In this document: one piece after another, positions 43,928 to 64,000 of the stretch | How the letters are laid out: each line of letters opens with the position of its first letter | Numbering within the stretch: the first letter of the stretch is position 1 | Assembly: GCF_020745735.1 (NCBI RefSeq) | Contig: NC_083426.1 | Coordinates: forward strand, 14,756,001-14,820,000 | Direction of reading: 5' to 3' | From: Hemiscyllium ocellatum | Lineage: Eukaryota | DNA length: 64,000 nucleotides | Position numbers and translations under genes: made by a program | Notes under the pieces: model-generated | Database searches by the model: none | What the model saw: only the letters and a program-made list of their open reading frames with translations | Told to the model about the DNA's origin: nothing

Positions 43928-46428
43928 AAAGGGCTTTTTTTTGTAGACTGAAAGCTGAAGACGTGAGGAGAATGGGGGTGGCAGGACTAATGGGGGACCC
44001 TGGTGATAAATGGAGCGTCTACAACCCATTTTGTCAAGATGCAAAGATGGAGAGGTCACAGATAATTGGTGACAGAATTATAAATATCTCTGACATCCAT
44101 ACAACTTTGTCTCATCAATGATAAACTGCAAAAAGATTGGTTGACAACAGTATGACCCAGGTTTGTGACCAGTGATGACAAGAGGTGGCACCAAAGAACA
44201 CTGCCCACCTTGATCTTGTGACGCTGTGGAATTAGCTTTCCCCATTACAGGATCAGTTTCACTGGGTGCCAGCTGAAGGGAATTTACAGAATCCAGGAGA
44301 AATGAAATTAACAAGCAGACTGAGCACTAAAGAATTCCCACCAATTGGAAACCAGGAAGTGAAAGGATTGTCCTTCAGTTTTTAATCATTTTATTGGGAG
44401 TGAAATAAAACATTGGAATATTCACCCAAGATTAATGTCAAAGTTGAAATATTACAAAGGAAGTGTTTTTTCACAGATTGGAAGGAAAACTCCAAGTCTT
44501 GGCCACTGCAGTCTAGTTGTTGAAAGTGTTCCTGCACTGCTGTTAGCAAGTGACTTTATTATTTTGATTTGACAATGTGAAGGAATGGCAGCATGTGTCA
44601 ATGTGAATTTGCTGTGACTTGGATGGTCTTTTCACAGATCATTGTATTCTCTTTCATCTGCTATCCCTGTTGCTCTCGTGGGTGGAAGTTGCCAGTTTGA
44701 AAGATACTAAACATCTTGAAGAAGCCTTGGTGAATTGCTGCAATTATAATGCCTCACTGGTATAGTGCACTGCCAGTCAAACCCTCATATTTTTCTAGTG
44801 GTCGCAAAATACCTTTTATAAAAGCACTCAAAATTCCCTAGTATACCTGTCTCTTTAGACCCAGCTTTGCAGAAAGCATGGACAAGGTTTCTGTGCTCGA
44901 CAAGGCTTACTATGCATTGCAAATAATCAGATTTTAGCTTTTTGTGTAAACAATTATGAACTATCAGCACATAACTCTATTAAAGTTCAAACTCCTTATA
45001 GATCCCCTCCTACACGCACTTGTAAATAAACATAGACAGACAGAAAAAAGCATTGGTATTATGGGTGGAGGAGAAAACTGGGAAGGCAATTCAATGGTCC
45101 CTATCCATAGATGTGACTGAGATGATCCCTTTGGCTTGCTGCTCCTCGGCTCTCCTCTCCAACTGCTTTTATTACTTTCAGGAGCCACACAGCGACTGGT
45201 TCATAGCTTATACATTCTCTAACTAAATGGTTAAAAGCAACAACTTACAACAACTGGTGAGGGAAAATAAACTGACTTCCCTCAGGCCCTAGGTGTTTTT
45301 TTAACTGCAGAGTGAAAGGCACCACCTTCTTTTCTGGAGGTCTGACAGCTTTTGGCTGTCACGCTCCAACATTGTATGATTGGCTTCCAGGCACCTGAAT
45401 AGTTGTTGGCAGGCAGAAGGACTTTGTCATCAACAACTGGTTACTATTCCACAGACTGATCAGCTACTTGCTGCCAGCCAAATCTCATTTCGTACACACT
45501 CTCCAGCTCCAGTTCATCTGCAACTAAACCTCCTCCACAGGTTGAACAAACAACAGTGTAAACAGCACTTTCATTGAGTGTTGGTTGCTTGCTTTTAAAA
45601 AGTACAGCAATCCCCTTCTACAGTCATTAGTTCTTTAAGGCAATCCTTCTCCCATTTTAGTTCACATTCACAAATACAGAAAAAACAAGACATGATCTTA
45701 ATAAGAGCAACTTGTACAAAACACACAACATAGCCACGGTGCCCTGGTGGTAAAGCATGTGGCTGCAATGAGATTTGGCTCATCTATTTATTACATCCAC
45801 ACTTTCCAAAATTTATAAGTTATTCCTCTTAAAGTGGAACTATAGTAATAAAACACACTAACTTGAATAATTTTGCCCCATGCATAACATAAAAGAGAGT
45901 CTGAACCTATCTATAACCCAATTCAATGTCTGAATCACCAAATTTTAAACAGCTACTTACTGGAGCTGGCAATGTCCTTGTTCATATTTTCTTGTTCATG
46001 TTTTCTTGTCGGCACCAACATAATAAGGAGTTTGGGCCAAATGGCTATTCCTTTGGTGCCTGTCAAAATAGTCAACTGACCATTTGTAAATAACCTCAAT
46101 GTCATCCAGATATTAATGAATTGCTTATCAGTCTCTGAGGCCATATGCTCAAATGGAAACACCCCAAGTAATACCCCAAATCGTATTCCAAGAGTTTGTA
46201 AACAGAGTTTTGATTTCTTTATCACTTGTAACTGCATTAATAATTATCGCTGACATTTAATAATGCGATAAATTGTTATTTTGAAGTTTGGCGTTACTTT
46301 AATCCAAAGTCATATCTGTTTTTCCAACAAGGTCATCATGTTTGATATCGACCAATTATGGAAAAGTTCATAATGGCCTGATCTATTATCCAATTCTACA
46401 GACAATGGAAAGGATTGACTGCGAGCAC

Positions 46429-46435
46429 TATAAAA
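46429..46435 (+). promoter_or_regulatory. TATA box of pepsinogen gene 2
   Basis: TATAAAA 86 nt upstream of ATG, preceded by a motif shared with gene 1. Confidence 0.8.
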
Positions 46436-46514
46436 GCAGCAACAATTAGAATCCATTCGCAGGCCCATCTGACATTTTCCTTTCAGTGTCATTCGACTAC
46501 AACAAGGGACAAAG

Positions 46515-57918
<11,404 letters not shown>

Positions 57919-58167
57919 AGTCTTCCTTCATGACGTTGTTTAATTTGCTTTCCCTAACTCTCCCCAAATCACATTTACAAATTTTTCTGACATTACTCAC
58001 AATTCCCAACTGTAACAGCCAACACATTGGCGGCAGGAATAATTAAAAATATTATCACTAATCATTTCCACAGTTATTTTAACGAAGTAATCAGGCTGCC
58101 TGTTTAATGCTGAATTTAGAGCCATACTTTATGGATTTTTGGAAAGAATTGATGATGAATTTAAAAC

Positions 58168-58173
58168 AATAAA
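58168..58173 (+). terminator. Polyadenylation signal of gene 2
   Basis: AATAAA 250 nt after stop. Confidence 0.65.
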
Positions 58174-60195
58174 TGTTAAAGTGTTGCAAAGATTTAATAG
58201 CTTTGATCTCTTACTTTCTGAGCACTAGAGGTGATGGAGATACACTGCAACTTGTGTTCATACCAGACAAAGGTAGTAAAAGGTAAAGTTTCCATAGTCT
58301 CATCAGACCATACAGCCCCTCTCTTATCAGAGAGTGAGAAAGACGATTAGAGGTGGTTTCATCTGAGGGTCACCACACCTCAGGTGAAATGAAAAGTTGA
58401 GAAGGAGAATTGCTCAGCTGGTGTGGGAATTGAACCCACACTGTTGGCATCACCCTGCTTTGGAAACCAACTGTCCAGGTGACTGAGTTAACTGATACCC
58501 TCTCAATGATAATATCAGTGAAACTGATCCAAGATACCCCTTCCCAGATATTGAACAGCATCCCACAGTATATGTGATCGGCCAAGTTAAATTTCCATGC
58601 AATTATGCGTTTAGATTAATAATAATTTTTCCACAGCTTCAATAGTTGATACAGAGTTTGGACAGGGTTCAATCCTTAAGTTTCCTTTCATTTTTGAGAT
58701 GACCAGTAGAAGCCTTTCAACTTTGATTCCTAAATGCTGAAAAGCGGTTATGAAACAATGCAGCACTCAAATTCCTTACAGAAACAGCAAAAATTACAGC
58801 TTGTGCAAATCTGATTATAAATTGCAGATAAGGTTTCTCCACATTGTTTACAAAAGCTTTCAGCACAAGAGTAGGCCACTTAGTCTGTTGTACTTCTTCT
58901 GCCATTCACTGGAATCTTGTCTGATCTGGTTATAGCCTGATTTCCTGATCAAGGATCTATCTATCTCAACCTTGAATATATACAAGGACTCTGCCCCCCT
59001 AACTCCTGACAGCAAGGACTTCCAAAGACCCATAGCCCTTTGAGAGTAGAAAGTCTCCTCATCTCAGTTTTAAATTGGCATCTCCTTATTCTACACTCTT
59101 TCTTTTGCTCCTAAACATGATGGGGAAATCCCCTCTCAGCTAAATTGGGGTAAATGGAAATGCCCCCACTAATTGGCAGGCAATAAATTGATCACTTTGT
59201 CATCTGCAGAGAAGACAGGTGAACATGCCAGTGGCAAATTGACATCCTTAAGTAGTGGTTGACTACTTAAGGACTTTAATTACTGCTGCGCCAAGATGTT
59301 CCCAATAGACATTTTCCATGGCACTTAAAGTCTGACATGGCAAGATGGAAAAATAATTCTGCGTGTTGGCCCTGTAGAGATACACACCTCCATCCTAACA
59401 CCTTCAAGGAGGTGAAAATTATACCTTTGGTTTTAAGTAGGATACCAATCATTTTTAAATTGTACCCTGATATTCTAGACTCCCCCACCAGCTGAAACAT
59501 CTTTTCACATCGGTCAAATCCCATCAGGATCTTATACTTTCCAATTGATTACCTCTTATTCTTCTAAACTGCAATAGGCATAAGCCCAACCTGCACAGCT
59601 TTTCATGCTAAGATTATCCCTTCATACCAAGAATCAGTTGAATGAACCTTTCCTAATTGTTTCTAATGCAACTATATACTTTCTTAAGAAAGGAGATCAC
59701 AACTATACAACGTATTCCAGATGCAGTCTAAAACAATGAACAACTGTAGCAAAACTTAACTCCTTTTGAATTTGATTTCCCTTGAAGTATATGCTAAGGT
59801 TCTATTTGCGTCCCCAACCAGCATACTAACATTTTATGGTTCATGTACCAGTACACCCAATCCCTCTGGACTGCAGAGTTCTGCAATTCCTCAGCACTCT
59901 TTTTTCCCTATTCTTTCAACTAAAGTGGATGAGTTTACATCTTCTCATCATACTCCATCTGCCAAATGTTTGCTCGATCACTTAATTTATCTAAATCCTT
60001 GTACACCCTCAGTACAACTTACTTTCTTACTTATATTTGCATCATTAACAAACATTTGGTCCCTTTAAGCTTTAATTGTCCAGGGCCTAAATGGAGGGAG
60101 GGACTGGGAGTAATATTCGGTGGTGACTGACTCTCCATCCCCACCAAAGTGAAAGCTCACCAGGTCAAAGACCAATCCATCTTAGTCATTGCTAT

Positions 60196-60798
60196 TGTTA
60201 TGGACTGGGCCAGACGACTCAAAAAATTCTTAAGCAGGCAGCCCTGGACCTAACTTTGCAATTTGTTTTGGTAAGTGTACAGTGAAACTTGCCCGGAGTA
60301 AGGTTGATCACAAGGTTTTAAAACAGACAAAAAAAATTATTCACAAAACTACACAATGAAACATAAAGAATAGAATAAAGAACCCCTACGGAACTCAAAC
60401 TATCCAGCTAGCCTTAATTATTCTGTTCCAATACATGCAACAGTCCCAATAAGCAAACTCCCTTTAGAAACCAGTATAAATGGAACACATGCTTATTGGT
60501 TGAAGTTGAAGGACAGAAAAGAGAGAGAATTTCCACACAGCTCCCTGTTGAAGGCTATCTATAAGAGCTGACCACTTCCCTCTCTTTATACAGGTCACTT
60601 CTAAAACATGATCACTTTGGCCTGAAGTCTTATCTGTTTACACATAAACAAAAGGCCTCTCAAAATCCTTTTCGTCTCTGTACCAAACAAGACTGTTTGG
60701 AGTCTGGTCTGGTTTATTGCCCCTCTGAAAAAAAAATCAAGGACAGAGTCTCCTTGAGCTAAGGAACAGGTTTTAAAAAAAGGACTAGCTTTGTGACA
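60196..60798 (-). mobile_element. Probable solo LTR
   Basis: TGTTA...TGACA termini, CTAT/ATAT flanks, TATA-like TGTATAAA on - strand; lies among old LINE remnants. Confidence 0.5.
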
Positions 60799-61206
60799 AT
60801 ATCGATTGTAAGAGTTGATGACGTGGCACTGATTCTTGTGGTACTCTACAAGGGACAGCTCTCCAGCCCATGGAAATGACCCATTTATCCCTCCTCACTG
60901 TTTTATGTTAGCTACTCCATCTATGCAAAAACATTACCCCGATATCGTGGACACATATTTTGATGTGTGACCTCATCAATTGCTTTCTGGAAATCTAAAT
61001 ACACAATCTCTACAGGTTCCCCTTTTTACCTAGCTTGAAACTTTCTTAAAAAGCTCTAATAAATTTGCTAAACATGATTTCCCTTTCACAAAACTTGATA
61101 TTGAAATTGTCTCAAATACATTCCATTAACTCATTACCAGAACTGACATTTTCCATTTTATTCATTCAATTGTTAAAACACTCACTGATTTTCCATTATT
61201 ACATTT

Positions 61207-62171
61207 TGTAATTTTACCATTTTTGGGTTGGGGTTGTAAACTGGGAGTTGTGAGCTGAAGATGACTTATGGACTTTATGAAACAGCTTGTTATAAAATGA
61301 AAGGCTAGGCCCAAAGGTTAATTACAAGCCAATTCTTAATTAAAAGTGTTCCTATAGACACAGTGACCCAGGAAGAGCATTGTGCTGAAACAGATATTAC
61401 AAGTTCAGTACCTGGGAATTGGTCCTGCCAGGTCTGCGATGTTCAAGCAGATGGCAGATATTGAACGGCAATTAAGGTGTCAGGAAAAGACGGTCAGTCT
61501 CTCAGGGTGGAACCAGCGTTGGATTTGTTTTTTTTCTGGAAGACGAATTTGGCTACTGGTCGAACAGAATAAAGATTTGAAAGCTTCCTGCCCAATCTCC
61601 CACCACAGCGTCTGGAAGGTCAAAAAGTGGAAACCTGAGTTAGAGGATTCACTACCTTTACCTGAGTGAACTGAGAAAGTTACCAGGATTAATATTTCTA
61701 GAAGAGCGCCAAGGAGCCCTTATCCATGCCCGTGAAACAACGCATCATGAAAACCATTTAAGGAATCAGCTTTATCCCTTAACTATGTTTGTTTGTCTGT
61801 CTGTCTTACATGTGAATAGGGGCTTTAAATGAAAGCTTTAAGTTTAAACTATAGACTTTAATTACATTACCTTGTTGTTTCATTTTTCTCTGCTAAAGTT
61901 ATCGCCTATTTATTAAATTGTTGAGTCTTTTGTTTAAGACACAAAACCATGCCTGGAATTAATTATTCACATCATCTGGGAATGGTTATTCTAAAGTTTG
62001 GTTAGGAACAATTGGAGTAACTGTTGTGCTCTTTGAAGGTTTTAATTTTACAATGTTGATAATACAGTTATTATTATTAAGGGTGTTTAGCCGTCTATCT
62101 CCATGCCATAGAGTGGTGCTGGAAAAGCACAGCAGGCCAGACAGCATCTGAGGAGTCTCTACGCCATAGCA
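61207..62171 (+). mobile_element. Possible solo LTR with a small pLTR fragment inserted near its end
   Basis: TGTAA...TAGCA termini with CATTT/CATTC flanks; imperfect TCTCCATGCCATAG duplication around 62112-62156. Confidence 0.35.
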
Positions 62172-63122
62172 CATTCTATGTACAGATTAAAATCACCAGA
62201 GTTTATTGCAGTTCCCCTCTTACAAGACCCATAATTTTTCCTCCATCCTCAGTCCAATTGTGCAGCTATTGTCAAGGGATCTTTAGATAAGTTCCACAAC
62301 TGACTTCTTATCTTTACTATTTCTTAACACAACACAAATTCATTTCACATATTGATCTTCTAAACTAATTTCATTGCTCACTGTGGTATTAGCACCATTC
62401 TTAATTAACAGTGGTACCCCATCACCTTATCCTAGATCCCTATTTTCAGAAATGTCAAACACCTTTAAATATGTAGGTTGCAGCTTTGGTCGCTTCACAA
62501 TCACGTCTCGGAATTGACTATCACGTTATACACATTTATTTCTATTTATGCTACTTATTCCTCCATATTCTTTTGAATGTTGTTACATTATTGGAACTGA
62601 AGTGGGATGAGTGCACATTCTTTCTTTAGTACCACTACTCTGTGGGTCTCCAAATAAAGTTAATCATCTTACCTGGCTCCTGATTGTATACTTACTTTAT
62701 CTTAAACTTAAAATAAAAAGATCCACAAACCAGGTTTCTTATTACGGATTTATTACAAACAAACCTTGTTCAATTATGATGCAAAATTGTTTAAAACACT
62801 TAATTTATAAAATGGAAACATAAATGCTTATTCCTCTAAATAATTAAACACATACACCTATACAAACAGAAGCTGAAGTTGCCTTGCATTCTAGATTCTG
62901 AGAGCATACAGATATTTGATGATAGACTAACTGTTCCATTCTTACCTGGTTAGTCTTTAATCTTGTATTGCTCAACCTTATCATTTTGTTCAAGGTTAAA
63001 GACTATTTAAACATCTTAATGTTATTTTTTAATATATAAAAGTAAAACAATTTAGCTATCAGTTTGTGATACCGTGACTTTCATTAATGAAGGTGAGAAG
63101 CAAATCATTTATTGATGACAGG

Positions 63123-63129
63123 TATAAAA
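63123..63129 (+). promoter_or_regulatory. TATA box of pepsinogen gene 3
   Basis: TATAAAA 104 nt upstream of the MKW ATG; GATA sites at 62920, 62978 and 63056. Confidence 0.7.
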
Positions 63130-63226
63130 CCATCCAGACTCTATGAGTCTCTAGCACAACTGAAGAAATTGTGCAAATCATTTCTGCTCGTCTATAGCTC
63201 TCTGCAGCCACATGACAAGGAGTAGC

Positions 63227-63282
63227 ATGAAGTGGTTGATACTTTCACTGATGTGTATTCAGCTCTCTGAATGTCTCTACAG
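63227..63282 (+). CDS. Pepsinogen-family gene 3 exon 1 (MKWLILSLMCIQLSECLY(R)); gene continues beyond window
   Basis: 56 nt, homologous to exon 1 of genes 1 and 2, donor AG/GTTGG. Confidence 0.9.
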
Positions 63283-63532
63283 GTTGGTCATTAAACAAAT
63301 TTCTTTCAGTGGACACATGCATCACTGTGTGCATCGGGCACTTATTATATTCCAATATATTGTGTAGAGTTTACTCATTTAAGGTTTGATTAAGGAAATG
63401 TTCCTGCATGTGATATATTTGATCCTGTTCAGTTTGGTTAAACTCCAAGGAGATTGACTATATGTTGCTGCTTCTGATGTGCAATTTGTTCGAGGAGATG
63501 CTCAGACCAGCACTCACTCTTTACTCTTTCAG

Positions 63533-63698
63533 AATGCGTTTACACAGGGGAAAGTCTATCCGGGAAATCCTGAAGGAGAACGGGGAGCTGAAGCATTTCT
63601 TCGAAATGCACAGATATGATCCTGCCTTGAAATACAGAGCTTTGTACCCTGACTACCAATCGCAGACAGGGAATGAGCCACTTCTCAATTCCATGAAT
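63533..63698 (+). CDS. Pepsinogen-family gene 3 exon 2 (prosegment)
   Basis: 166 nt, MRLHRGKSIREILKENGELKHFFEMHRYDPALKYR...EPLLNSMN, AG/GTAAG bounded. Confidence 0.92.
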
Positions 63699-64000
63699 GT
63701 AAGTTTAAAGAAAGTTCATTTTAAAAGGCGGTAAAATGTCATAGGTTACTTAAACCCCAGAACCAGTAGAAATAGGATCTTCCAGCCCTTTGAGTCTGCT
63801 GTACCATTCCATGCGATCTGATCTGATAATCCTTAACTCCACTTTCCTCCCTTTTGCCCATAACCCATGATTCCCTTACTAATTAAAAATCTGTGTGTCT
63901 CAGATCTGACTTGACCCACATATTAGCATCTAAGTTAACTACCTCTCCTACCAGTTGACACTATGCTTGGCTTAATGCTGATAGGGTGATCAAAGTAGAG

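Overview
Eukaryotic genomic DNA, most likely from a shark or ray (inferred from HE1/V-SINE, CR1 and Penelope repeat content, not from a database search). The window holds a tandem, same-strand (+) cluster of gastric aspartic protease (pepsinogen) genes. Gene 1 has 9 exons (CDS 12553-30404, 388 aa), gene 2 has 9 exons (CDS 46515-57918, 392 aa), and gene 3 shows only exons 1-2 (from 63227) before the window ends. Genes 1 and 2 splice by hand to intact ORFs with GT-AG introns, both catalytic DTG motifs and pepsinogen-A-like exon sizes. They also carry cathepsin D/E-like C-terminal features. Introns and intergenic DNA are filled with CR1 LINEs, SINEs, probable solo LTRs, a 24-bp minisatellite and one near-full-length Penelope-like element (RT + GIY-YIG). 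The most striking non-genic signal is a set of more than a dozen short insertions carrying intact or decayed minimal hammerhead-ribozyme cores from about four sequence families. They are often arranged as inverted (hairpin) pairs and flanked by 13-17 bp target-site duplications. All exon calls and RNA folds were made by eye; ribozyme activity and gene orthology are untested.
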